A DNA stretch of 64,000 nt. Source: Escherichia phage BF17. The stretch is from the sequence record MW822008.1. One strand, written 5' to 3'. The notes below the pieces were generated by a model. That model was not told the origin of the DNA, made no database searches, and saw nothing but the letters and a program-made list of their open reading frames with translations. Made by a program: the position numbers and the translations under genes. Of the stretch, positions 53,995 through 61,959 are shown piece after piece. Position 1 is the first letter of the stretch. Each line of letters opens with the position of its first letter.

Positions 53995-54367
53995 ATTCCA
54001 CCAGCATTGTTCTATACATGAATGTGATGATTGTGGTATACAAATGAGTGACATTTATACAGTTTCCTGTAAAGGTTTCAAATTCACTCACGGTGAACCT
54101 GCTTATTGTTATGGTACAGAAGAAGGTGATATCGAAGTAGTACTGAAAGAATTGTTCCAGTACTTGCAAAGTGTAGGTCATGATGTTACAATACCCACAT
54201 ATTATGAAGATGATTATGATGCACATGTAGAAGAAAATACATATTATAATCAATTCGTTTATGGTAATGGTTTTATCACATACCTACATGAGAATGGTAT
54301 TGAGGTAAAAACTAAGTACACCAGTGATGATTATGATGATGATAATTCTATGGAGATTGTAGATTGA
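53975..54367 (+). CDS. hypothetical acidic Cys-containing protein
   Basis: ORF track. Confidence 0.55.
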   Translation: MQIKKIKFHQHCSIHECDDCGIQMSDIYTVSCKGFKFTHGEPAYCYGTEEGDIEVVLKELFQYLQSVGHDVTIPTYYEDDYDAHVEENTYYNQFVYGNGFITYLHENGIEVKTKYTSDDYDDDNSMEIVD

Positions 54368-54951
54368 AAGCAAAAGACTTAGCAGCACTGTTGTTGCAGA
54401 ATCCTGAAATGGAAGTGTATCATGAGCACATGCACATTGATGACATGTGTGACGCTTACTATTCACCAGAAAATGTGTCTGGTATTGAAATTACCCCTAG
54501 TGGAGTATTCATCAGTACTGAACATATTGATTTCGATTCCCAGCAAGAAATCAAAACTCCACATAATAAGCCTCGCATTGGTGCTATTGACCTAGTATTT
54601 CATCAGGACCGTTTGGTGGAATATGATGAAGACGATGGTACTACCCGAACTGATGTTGAGAACATTGTTTTTCCTTTTTATAATGCATACGGAGACTCAA
54701 CAACAGGTGAAGATTTCTTCAGTGAACTATTAAATGATGGGGAAGTTTATGGTCAGAATGGAACAGTTTTTGTACTAGATCCTAATTATGAGCCAGACCA
54801 TAATACATGGCAATTCTACACACCTGAAGATGTAATGGAAGTTAAAGTACTTACAGATCTTGACGATAATTGGAACCCAGTATATACTTCAATGACATTT
54901 GAAGAAGCAAAAAACCATTTCGTTTCTAAACTAAACATTACAAAAGAATAA
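54364..54951 (+). CDS. hypothetical protein, paralog of 53011
   Basis: TTG start. The N-terminal alignment with the 53011 paralog supports this start. Confidence 0.6.
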   Translation: MKAKDLAALLLQNPEMEVYHEHMHIDDMCDAYYSPENVSGIEITPSGVFISTEHIDFDSQQEIKTPHNKPRIGAIDLVFHQDRLVEYDEDDGTTRTDVENIVFPFYNAYGDSTTGEDFFSELLNDGEVYGQNGTVFVLDPNYEPDHNTWQFYTPEDVMEVKVLTDLDDNWNPVYTSMTFEEAKNHFVSKLNITKE

Positions 54952-54964
54952 GGATTTGAAATTT

Positions 54965-55246
54965 ATGAAAATTGTCGCAAGTGCATGGATGAAACTACAA
55001 GATGGTACTACTGCTTTTGAAGAGTATGGTTTTGTTGAAAGTGTAGAAGAATTAAATCGTTTTAAACGTGAAAATGATGATGATGTATTTGACATTGTAT
55101 TCACCTATCACCATATTCCAAATGATACAGATTATGAACATTATTATTACAATCCAGATCTGCTGGAAACTCTAGTTTGCGACAATCAACATGAAATTGA
55201 TGAAAACACTGCTCTACTAATGCTGAGTACCGTATCTCCGGTATAA
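54965..55246 (+). CDS. hypothetical acidic protein
   Basis: ATG at 54965 within track ORF 54956. Confidence 0.55.
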   Translation: MKIVASAWMKLQDGTTAFEEYGFVESVEELNRFKRENDDDVFDIVFTYHHIPNDTDYEHYYYNPDLLETLVCDNQHEIDENTALLMLSTVSPV

Positions 55247-55254
55247 GGAGTTAT

Positions 55255-55734
55255 ATGTATAACCTTACAATTATCCGCGAACCAAATGATTATGAAGGTA
55301 ATACAATCTATGGTGAAGTTTTGGTATTTCAAAGTACTGAACAAAGTGGTATTGAACATAAATTAAAAGATTATTTACGTGATCATTTATATCTGCACCG
55401 TACTGATGCAAATTGTAATTATGGTGATATAATGTTTATTGTAACGCACAATGGTGCGGTAATTGAACATGTGAACATGACAAATGTAATGGATTTTTAT
55501 AATTACACTGACACTTCTTTTCCATTGGATAACTATTTCAGTACTGTTTTTGATGCGTTACGTAAGAACGTTGCTAAAAATGATAGATTCTGTACTAATT
55601 TTAGATTATTAGAAACAAATACAAGAAAGAATCTTTCTAAGAAGTATGATGAAGAACATAAGAAAAATCAGGAAATTCAACGTTTACATGAGTTAATGAA
55701 GAAATATCCCAACGAGGTCAAATATGGCTCTTAG
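55255..55734 (+). CDS. hypothetical protein
   Basis: AGGAG upstream. Confidence 0.6.
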   Translation: MYNLTIIREPNDYEGNTIYGEVLVFQSTEQSGIEHKLKDYLRDHLYLHRTDANCNYGDIMFIVTHNGAVIEHVNMTNVMDFYNYTDTSFPLDNYFSTVFDALRKNVAKNDRFCTNFRLLETNTRKNLSKKYDEEHKKNQEIQRLHELMKKYPNEVKYGS

Positions 55735-56062
55735 AGGACAAACTCAATATAAGTGTATTGAAGAAATCAGAAAGAAAGATGGAACACTTTTTGACAGGAA
55801 ATTAAAACAAGAATATAAAGACCTAAGAGATGTTATCCGAAATGAAAGTTTCGGTGGGAAGCGTAGGCAGAAGATTTATGAATTTCTGAAGAATGGTGTA
55901 GAAATTCAAGTCAATGGTCTTCATTGTGTACAAACCAAAAACGATCCAGATATTTTACGTCTTTTAAAAGAGGGTAAAATAGAAATGTTCAATATCCCAA
56001 TTTCATCCTATGGTAATAGATTAAAATGTAAGCACACGTACTTAAGGATTAAAAATGGGTAA
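55724..56062 (+). CDS. hypothetical basic protein
   Basis: ORF track. Confidence 0.55.
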   Translation: MALRGQTQYKCIEEIRKKDGTLFDRKLKQEYKDLRDVIRNESFGGKRRQKIYEFLKNGVEIQVNGLHCVQTKNDPDILRLLKEGKIEMFNIPISSYGNRLKCKHTYLRIKNG

Positions 56063-56639
56063 ATTAGTATATTACTATGGTAGTATGTCTAGTGGTAAAA
56101 GTACTCATCTTTTACAAAAAGCATATAACCATAAGAAAAATGGAATGAAGGTAATTTACTTAACCAGTGCACTTGATGATCGTTATGGAACAGGAAAGAT
56201 TACTTCAAGAATTGGCATCGAAGCTGTGGCTGAAGTAATTCCAAAAAATGACATTAGTGTTCTTCTTAAAGTTAAAGAAACACTCAAAAATGACGTTGAC
56301 ATTAACAGTATCTATGTTGATGAATGTCAATTTTTAAACAGAGAACAGATTGACCATTTAGCTGATATAGCAGATAATTATGGTGTTGATGTTTCCTGTT
56401 ATGGAATACGAACAGATTTTGAATCCAATCTATTTGAAGGTTCACAAAGACTGTTCGAAATAGCTGATGACATACATGAACTTAAGAACGTGTGTGAGAA
56501 TCAGAAGTGTGGCAAAGAAGCCACGATGAATGCCCGTATAGTTGAAAGTACTGATAAAGTCTTTATTGGTGGTGATGAATCATACAAGAGTCTATGCAGA
56601 ACTTGCTATATGGATTATATGAGGAATAAAAATGGTTGA
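56055..56639 (+). CDS. tdk: thymidine kinase
   Basis: P-loop GSMSSGKST, Walker B YVDECQF, and C-terminal Cys pairs (CENQKC ... CRTC). Confidence 0.88.
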   Translation: MGKLVYYYGSMSSGKSTHLLQKAYNHKKNGMKVIYLTSALDDRYGTGKITSRIGIEAVAEVIPKNDISVLLKVKETLKNDVDINSIYVDECQFLNREQIDHLADIADNYGVDVSCYGIRTDFESNLFEGSQRLFEIADDIHELKNVCENQKCGKEATMNARIVESTDKVFIGGDESYKSLCRTCYMDYMRNKNG

Positions 56640-56856
56640 TTCATTTATGAAACGCGTTTTGAATGATGTACTATCTGGATTTAAAAAAGCGACTAGTCTT
56701 ATTTTTAGTTCAGTAGTGATGGTTATTACCGTAATGGCATTTGCACTTGTACTGCATTTTGTACCATTCTGGTTAGTATTCATTGTACTCATTGTTCTTC
56801 TAGGTACGCATGTTTATTATGTTTACCGTGAAGCTTTGGATGATGATAACGTTTAA
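56632..56856 (+). CDS. small membrane protein
   Basis: Two hydrophobic helices. Terminator at 56865. Confidence 0.6.
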   Translation: MVDSFMKRVLNDVLSGFKKATSLIFSSVVMVITVMAFALVLHFVPFWLVFIVLIVLLGTHVYYVYREALDDDNV

Positions 56857-56864
56857 AAGTGTTT

Positions 56865-56888
56865 GACCTCACTATGTGGGGTCTTTTT
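56865..56888 (+). terminator. intrinsic terminator
   Basis: GACCTCAC-TAT-GTGGGGTC followed by T5. Confidence 0.65.
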
Positions 56889-56899
56889 AAGGTATCTAT

Positions 56900-57343
56900 A
56901 TGCATAACGAAACTGAAGTCTTCAAACGTTTCATTGATATTTGTTTACACACGAATTTGGTATATTTGGGTCCAGGAGCAAACTTCAGAACTTTATCTTC
57001 AATTTTAGGATACACTGAACCATCATGCTTATATTGCGATGGGAACATGATCCATCTCACTGATGGTGATTTTAATGTTCAGTACATTTCACAATGTGAT
57101 ATGTATGTGTTTAATACGCCAGAATATAATATTATTATTGAAGAACGTACTAAAGATAATTACCCAACCCAATATGTAAGTTGGGATAGAACAGATTGCG
57201 TATATGCCACTGGTCCAGTACAGAAACCTATGAACTATCCTACTATTCATTTGAATGTTATCCATGATGAATTGAAAGATTACTGTAACAGTATTTCAGA
57301 TTCGGAAACAAAATACTTTCCTATTATATTTTTTAAGGTTTGA
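56900..57343 (+). CDS. hypothetical protein
   Basis: ORF track. Confidence 0.6.
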   Translation: MHNETEVFKRFIDICLHTNLVYLGPGANFRTLSSILGYTEPSCLYCDGNMIHLTDGDFNVQYISQCDMYVFNTPEYNIIIEERTKDNYPTQYVSWDRTDCVYATGPVQKPMNYPTIHLNVIHDELKDYCNSISDSETKYFPIIFFKV

Positions 57344-57345
57344 TT

Positions 57346-57735
57346 ATGAGATGGCGTAAACGACATGTAACAAGATTTAATAAAATAATCAAAAAGTATT
57401 TCTCGCATAAGTTAGATCCAATCATACTTCAACTAAGAAGTAGTATGTTTGATAGACGTTTCCCACAGTGTTTAGAATCGTACAGTCGTAGACGTTCCAA
57501 GAATGAATACCTGGTATATCGTTATGATTTATCAGAATTCTTTTTGAATACTCGTGTATCTGTACCCATAAAACTGTACTCAAGGGTAAAACGAAGTAGG
57601 ATTCAAGATATCACGTATGGTTATCTTATGCTTGAAATCAGCGAACTAAATGAAAAAACAGGTAGAAATTTCAGTACTTTATGTCTGGAAAACAATGATA
57701 CCATAAAAAGAATTATAGAAGATTTGGGCAAGTAG
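57346..57735 (+). CDS. hypothetical basic protein
   Basis: ATG at 57346 (TGATTATG). Confidence 0.55.
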   Translation: MRWRKRHVTRFNKIIKKYFSHKLDPIILQLRSSMFDRRFPQCLESYSRRRSKNEYLVYRYDLSEFFLNTRVSVPIKLYSRVKRSRIQDITYGYLMLEISELNEKTGRNFSTLCLENNDTIKRIIEDLGK

Positions 57736-57753
57736 GATTTTTTATGCTATAAT
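57725..57753 (+). promoter_or_regulatory. possible promoter: TGGGCA-N17-TATAAT with a TG extension
   Basis: Good motif, but the predicted start (about 57760) would remove the GGAG RBS. The message would then be short-leadered or leaderless from ATG 57759. Confidence 0.35.
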
Positions 57754-57764
57754 TGGAGATGAGT

Positions 57765-58109
57765 ATGAAATACATCGACAAAGGTACAGTTGAAACGCAG
57801 TACTGGAATATTCATATTGCTGGTGATATCCAAACAGCAAGAGAGTACACAAGAAAGTTCACATTCAATCTTGGTTTTTGTGTACAATTGATTCCGTGTG
57901 AATACATCTACACGGGTGGTCTTGAAAGTGGAATGTGTGCTCGTATTATTCAGTACCCACGCTTTCCAAAAGAAGAAGTATATCTCAACCGAGATGTATT
58001 AAACTATGCTAAGGGTTTAGCTGAAGAGTTGTGTCAAAAGAGTTTTACTATTGAGCGAAACAATGATACAATCTATTATGAAAGTGCCAACCCTTTACAC
58101 AAGAAATGA
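57765..58109 (+). CDS. hypothetical protein
   Basis: ATG at 57765 after GGAG. Alternative in-frame starts at 57753 and 57759. Confidence 0.6.
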   Translation: MKYIDKGTVETQYWNIHIAGDIQTAREYTRKFTFNLGFCVQLIPCEYIYTGGLESGMCARIIQYPRFPKEEVYLNRDVLNYAKGLAEELCQKSFTIERNNDTIYYESANPLHKK

Positions 58110-58120
58110 AAGGAAAATAT

Positions 58121-58252
58121 ATGAATGGACTAAAAAAGTTTGGTAAAGATTTTCTAAAGTGCATCCGTTATACATACGATGCCAACCCTGAAATGACTGC
58201 CATCGTGGGTGTGTTTATTACACTCGTTGTATTAAGCTTTATTGTGGTGTAA
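58121..58252 (+). CDS. small tail-anchored membrane peptide (43 aa)
   Basis: My own translation: MNGLKKFGKDFLKCIRYTYDANPEMTAIVGVFITLVVLSFIVV. AAGGAAA upstream. Confidence 0.5.
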   Translation: MNGLKKFGKDFLKCIRYTYDANPEMTAIVGVFITLVVLSFIVV

Positions 58253-58255
58253 AAT

Positions 58256-58459
58256 ATGATTGAAATTAATGCTGATGTATATTGTAGTGCATCACCCAAC
58301 TACTTCATTTATGCACTAAGTACATTTGGGGAAACTGAAGGTGAAACTTTTGTTTTAGTAGATAATACTACATGGTACAAAACAAGTAATAAAATTCCGA
58401 AAGATGTTTTGGAAACTTATGTTCGTATTGAAAATAAAAACATATATGTAAATTTATAG
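58256..58459 (+). CDS. hypothetical small protein
   Basis: ORF track. Confidence 0.55.
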   Translation: MIEINADVYCSASPNYFIYALSTFGETEGETFVLVDNTTWYKTSNKIPKDVLETYVRIENKNIYVNL

Positions 58460-58466
58460 GTAAAAT

Positions 58467-58877
58467 ATGATTGAAATGGAAGGAACTCTGGTGTATGATC
58501 CAGATCGTGGCACTATGAAAAAGAAGAAGGACTTCTGGTTAGTACTACAACTTCCATTGCAGTTGGTTCGATACTACCAGTACTTCATCAGAACTAACTT
58601 ACATATTGATATTAAAGACCCACAATGGGGAGCACATGTCAGTATCGTTCGTGGTGAAGTGCCACCAAATCCAGAGTACTGGAAAAAGTACGATGGAATG
58701 AAAGTTAAGATTAAGTTCGATCCTTTCATCGAAGAAGTAAAAGACAATAAGAAACCTGGGTCATTCTTTATCATAGAGTTTGAAGATGATTTCATTGCAC
58801 AAATTCGTGATGAACTTGGTTTAGCATCTAAATATTTCAAATATCACATCACCATTGGTAGAACATACTACGATTAG
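58467..58877 (+). CDS. 2H-phosphoesterase superfamily protein (LigT/cyclic-nucleotide phosphodiesterase-like)
   Basis: Two H-x-[ST]-x motifs with appropriate spacing: GAHVSIVRG and KYHITIGRT. Confidence 0.6.
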   Translation: MIEMEGTLVYDPDRGTMKKKKDFWLVLQLPLQLVRYYQYFIRTNLHIDIKDPQWGAHVSIVRGEVPPNPEYWKKYDGMKVKIKFDPFIEEVKDNKKPGSFFIIEFEDDFIAQIRDELGLASKYFKYHITIGRTYYD

Positions 58878-58900
58878 TGTGGATATTTGGTAAATAGGTC

Positions 58901-58929
58901 TTGATATAACTAAAAAGTATGCTATACTA
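58901..58929 (+). promoter_or_regulatory. promoter: TTGATA-N17-TATACT (endolysin, ~110-nt leader)
   Basis: Hexamers with a 17-bp spacer. Confidence 0.5.
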
Positions 58930-59044
58930 CTTAAATGTTCCAAAGAACAACTGAGTACTGTAGAAAGTCCAATGAGGCTTTTGCAAATGGCCTCTTTGCC
59001 CTCTTTGTGATTGCTCATTGTTAACAACCAACAAAGGAGGCGTT

Positions 59045-59971
59045 TTGAAAAAAGCGAAAAAAGCACTGAAAACTAAAATTGCCATAGGCGTGTTAGTTTC
59101 ATCAGCCCTATTCGCTGCGATTGGATTTTATGGTTTTTCTCAAAGTGATCGTGCATCATCATTAGACGAAAGTCAGGTGCATAATTTAAAACCACAAGTT
59201 ACGCAAATTCAAAAGCAGGAACTACCACAGGTATCAGTACCAAAAGCAGTTCCAAGCAGCGAGAAACATTATACGGTTCAACCTGGAGATAGTTATTATT
59301 CTATTGCACAGAAATTTAAACCTAAAAATGTACAGATTGAAGATTATGTCATTTTGTTGAAGAACATCAACTTAAATGCAACTCTTCATACTTCTCAGGG
59401 TATCTTTATCCCAACAAAAGAGGATTTGAAGAACGTATTGTTACCAGATGTGACTGTACTGTTTGATTATAAAGATCCAGAAATTGTCAATCACATCAAA
59501 GAAGCTGAAGGTTCTATTGAATTTCAGTCCAAGAACAAACGACGTTTACTTGGTGGGAAAGTTGGAGTTCCTTTCCACAATTCTAAATTTCATCCCTATA
59601 AGGACATGAAAGGTAATTATACAATTGGTTATGGGCATTATTTGGGTAAGAAAGATTCTGATGCAATGAAGTACAGAAACGGGATTACCAAAGCACAGGC
59701 CAACAAACTTTTAATGCAAGATATGAAAAGGACTTACGAGGACTTTACACTATTGATGCAGAAGAAAGATGCAGTTAATCTGACAAAAGAACAGCAGCGT
59801 ATCCTGTTTGAAATGTCATACACAATGGGCGTTGATAAGTTGGCAACATTTAACAAACTATGGAAAAGTGTTAAAATGGATAACCCTAAGAAATTCAAGA
59901 AAGAAATCATGAATTCCTTGTGGTATCGCCAAGTTACAAACAGAGCGGATTTGTTGTTAAGCTCACTCTAA
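59045..59971 (+). CDS. endolysin with N-terminal signal-anchor, LysM and GH24 (T4-lysozyme-like) domains
   Basis: TTG at 59045 is 4 nt after AAGGAGG. TM helix IAIGVLVSSALFAAIGFYGF. LysM HYTVQPGDSYYSIAQKF. Catalytic KEAEG and YKDMKGNYTIGYGH. Confidence 0.8.
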   Translation: MKKAKKALKTKIAIGVLVSSALFAAIGFYGFSQSDRASSLDESQVHNLKPQVTQIQKQELPQVSVPKAVPSSEKHYTVQPGDSYYSIAQKFKPKNVQIEDYVILLKNINLNATLHTSQGIFIPTKEDLKNVLLPDVTVLFDYKDPEIVNHIKEAEGSIEFQSKNKRRLLGGKVGVPFHNSKFHPYKDMKGNYTIGYGHYLGKKDSDAMKYRNGITKAQANKLLMQDMKRTYEDFTLLMQKKDAVNLTKEQQRILFEMSYTMGVDKLATFNKLWKSVKMDNPKKFKKEIMNSLWYRQVTNRADLLLSSL

Positions 59972-59986
59972 AAAGGTAGGTAAATT

Positions 59987-60319
59987 ATGCTAAATCTAGT
60001 TATCCAAGGTAATGTTGATATTACTCCAGCAATCAATGACGCAATTCATGCTGAAGCAAATGCACTAACGAAGTTTAGTGATTCTTCAGTACTGCATATT
60101 GGTGTTCATGTGAAGAAAGAGCATAAGAATCAATATTTCGTAACTTTAACATCAGGCGGTAAGAGTGTTACAGCCGATGATGCAGATTTATACAAAGCAA
60201 TTGGTGATTCATTTGAAAAAATGGAAACTGTCTTAGGTAAAGACAAAAGCATCAAATTGTATCGCCGTAACCACCCCGAACATCCAGTTCAAGAAGACTT
60301 GACTGAAGACGAAGAGTAA
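59987..60319 (+). CDS. hpf: ribosome hibernation promoting factor / RaiA family
   Basis: MLNLVIQGNVDITPAINDAIHAE...LYKAIGDSFEKME aligns with E. coli HPF (MQLNITGNNVEITEALREFV...MYAAIDGLIDKL). Confidence 0.8.
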   Translation: MLNLVIQGNVDITPAINDAIHAEANALTKFSDSSVLHIGVHVKKEHKNQYFVTLTSGGKSVTADDADLYKAIGDSFEKMETVLGKDKSIKLYRRNHPEHPVQEDLTEDEE

Positions 60320-60327
60320 GATATAAT
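60299..60327 (+). promoter_or_regulatory. promoter: TTGACT-N17-TATAAT, overlapping the hpf stop
   Basis: Predicted start near 60334 lies inside the 5' arm of the terminator at 60331..60358. Confidence 0.55.
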
Positions 60328-60330
60328 AAA

Positions 60331-60358
60331 GGGACAGAGATTATTCTGTCCCTTTTCT
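60331..60358 (+). terminator. intrinsic terminator after hpf
   Basis: GGGACAGA-GATTAT-TCTGTCCC followed by TTTTCTT. Confidence 0.7.
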
Positions 60359-60373
60359 TATGGAGTTTTAATT

Positions 60374-60790
60374 ATGAATTATGTTTGGGCAGATGTAGTA
60401 AAATCTCTCGTATCAACACATGATGTTGATTTACCAGATAGTCTGGTATTTAACAGATGGTACTATCCAAACCCAGAGGACTGTAACGTTGGAATTGGAT
60501 TTTTTATTAATGATAAATCTAATTTGTTTGGATTAATTGAAGATGAGACAAAATCCAACCTTATATTCTCGATTGAGTTGAATGCTGATCACATAAAATA
60601 CTACACCAATAAAATGGACGAAGACGATGGAGATGTTATAATCCCAGCAGAAATAGACGAAGCTTCATTTTTTCAGTTATCATTGATTTATGATCTATCT
60701 AACATTACTTATGATAATGTGAAAGACCTTTTTATATTGTACAATAAAATGTATAATTACTTTTTAAGACCTTTTTATATTGTACAATAA
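60374..60790 (+). CDS. hypothetical protein; C-terminus altered by a 43-bp tandem duplication
   Basis: GGAG upstream. The last 7 codons (RPFYIVQ) come from the second repeat copy read out of frame. Confidence 0.6.
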   Translation: MNYVWADVVKSLVSTHDVDLPDSLVFNRWYYPNPEDCNVGIGFFINDKSNLFGLIEDETKSNLIFSIELNADHIKYYTNKMDEDDGDVIIPAEIDEASFFQLSLIYDLSNITYDNVKDLFILYNKMYNYFLRPFYIVQ

Positions 60791-60809
60791 AATGTATAAT
60801 TACTTTTTA
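60724..60809 (+). repeat. perfect 2 x 43-bp tandem duplication
   Basis: AGACCTTTTTATATTGTACAATAAAATGTATAATTACTTTTTA occurs at 60724..60766 and again at 60767..60809. Each copy carries TGTATAAT. Confidence 0.95.
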
Positions 60810-60825
60810 TAACAGAGGAATTGTA

Positions 60826-61011
60826 ATGGAATATACCATATGTGTAATTGTATGTATCATAGCCTTACTCGCAGGAGTTGGTGTGATGATTTACTGTGAT
60901 GCGGAACCAAGTACTGAAGTAGGTACAACCATCACACTTAAACCTGGTGTTAAAATTAATGATACCTATTGCTACAATCCAAACACAAACCGCTATGAGA
61001 TTTGTTTATGA
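60826..61011 (+). CDS. small membrane protein
   Basis: GAGGA upstream. Helix ICVIVCIIALLAGVGVMIY. Confidence 0.6.
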   Translation: MEYTICVIVCIIALLAGVGVMIYCDAEPSTEVGTTITLKPGVKINDTYCYNPNTNRYEICL

Positions 61012-61415
61012 GAACATTCAACATTGATTATATAATTGATTCGATTGCAGAACATATGAAAAACATAAGTAAAAACGAGCCTGGTTTTTACTTCAACTTA
61101 GATAAACTCCATCGCAATACCAATGTATCTAGTTTTAATCGTGCTAAGAAACTTTACATCCGTATACATAACCTTTGGTACAGTGACGATACGTTGATGA
61201 TAGATATTACTGTTGATGAAGACATAACATTAAGATACATTGACGATTTTAAATCAGATGATATTCGTGCTGGATCATTACCAATTGATGCTTCATATGA
61301 AGAATATCTGCAATACCAGTTCATTGATGACACATTTGGATTTGACTTTGATCTATATAATAGTATAATGAACGTATACCATATATACGAAAGGAATTTG
61401 AATGGACATTCGTAA
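61008..61415 (+). CDS. hypothetical protein, paralog of 61402
   Basis: ATGA overlap at 61008. QFIDDTFGFDFDLYNSIMNVYHIYERNL parallels MFIDDTFSIDYPSFQCILAIHKKYYDRL. Confidence 0.6.
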   Translation: MRTFNIDYIIDSIAEHMKNISKNEPGFYFNLDKLHRNTNVSSFNRAKKLYIRIHNLWYSDDTLMIDITVDEDITLRYIDDFKSDDIRAGSLPIDASYEEYLQYQFIDDTFGFDFDLYNSIMNVYHIYERNLNGHS

Positions 61416-61824
61416 AATACCAAATTTCCACAGTACATTAAGGTTCTTTTCTGAACAAGAAATCAGTACTGAAAGACGTGGCTTGATTTCATACAATCAT
61501 CATCGTGTTATGTACACTAATCATTTCCAGGGTACAGTTCGTATTAAATTTCGTAATGCACTCGACGACAATGATGAATTGTTAATTTTACTACGAAAAA
61601 GTAAGATAGAATTGACATACGCAACTCACCATATTGAAAGTGAGTTGATGTGGCACACACTATCAAAAAAAGAAGGGTCATTACCAGTTGATGATAATGG
61701 ACCAGAAACACTTGATCAGTACATGTTCATTGATGATACATTTAGTATTGACTATCCATCATTTCAGTGTATACTAGCTATACATAAAAAATATTACGAC
61801 CGTCTACGTGACAGATTAATTTAA
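61402..61824 (+). CDS. hypothetical protein, paralog of 61008
   Basis: See the 61008 entry. Confidence 0.6.
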   Translation: MDIRKIPNFHSTLRFFSEQEISTERRGLISYNHHRVMYTNHFQGTVRIKFRNALDDNDELLILLRKSKIELTYATHHIESELMWHTLSKKEGSLPVDDNGPETLDQYMFIDDTFSIDYPSFQCILAIHKKYYDRLRDRLI

Positions 61825-61835
61825 TTGGAGGCATT

Positions 61836-61958
61836 ATGATTGCTATGTTAGAAGAAGATTGGGGTGTTTCCGAGCAAGGCACTGATGAATATGAATACCC
61901 AGAATATAAGCCTAAAGGCTTTTGGGAACGTTTGCGTGATTGGTTGATGGGGGAATAA
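61836..61958 (+). CDS. small acidic peptide (40 aa, below the track cutoff)
   Basis: My own translation: MIAMLEEDWGVSEQGTDEYEYPEYKPKGFWERLRDWLMGE. GGAGG upstream. Confidence 0.45.
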   Translation: MIAMLEEDWGVSEQGTDEYEYPEYKPKGFWERLRDWLMGE

Positions 61959-61959
61959 C

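Noticed and set aside
58937-59026. A 29-codon hydrophobic mini-ORF (MFQRTTEYCRKSNEAFANGLFALFVIAHC) in the endolysin leader, considered as a holin.
   Set aside because: It has no RBS, is very short and has only one marginal hydrophobic segment. This is not enough to call it.
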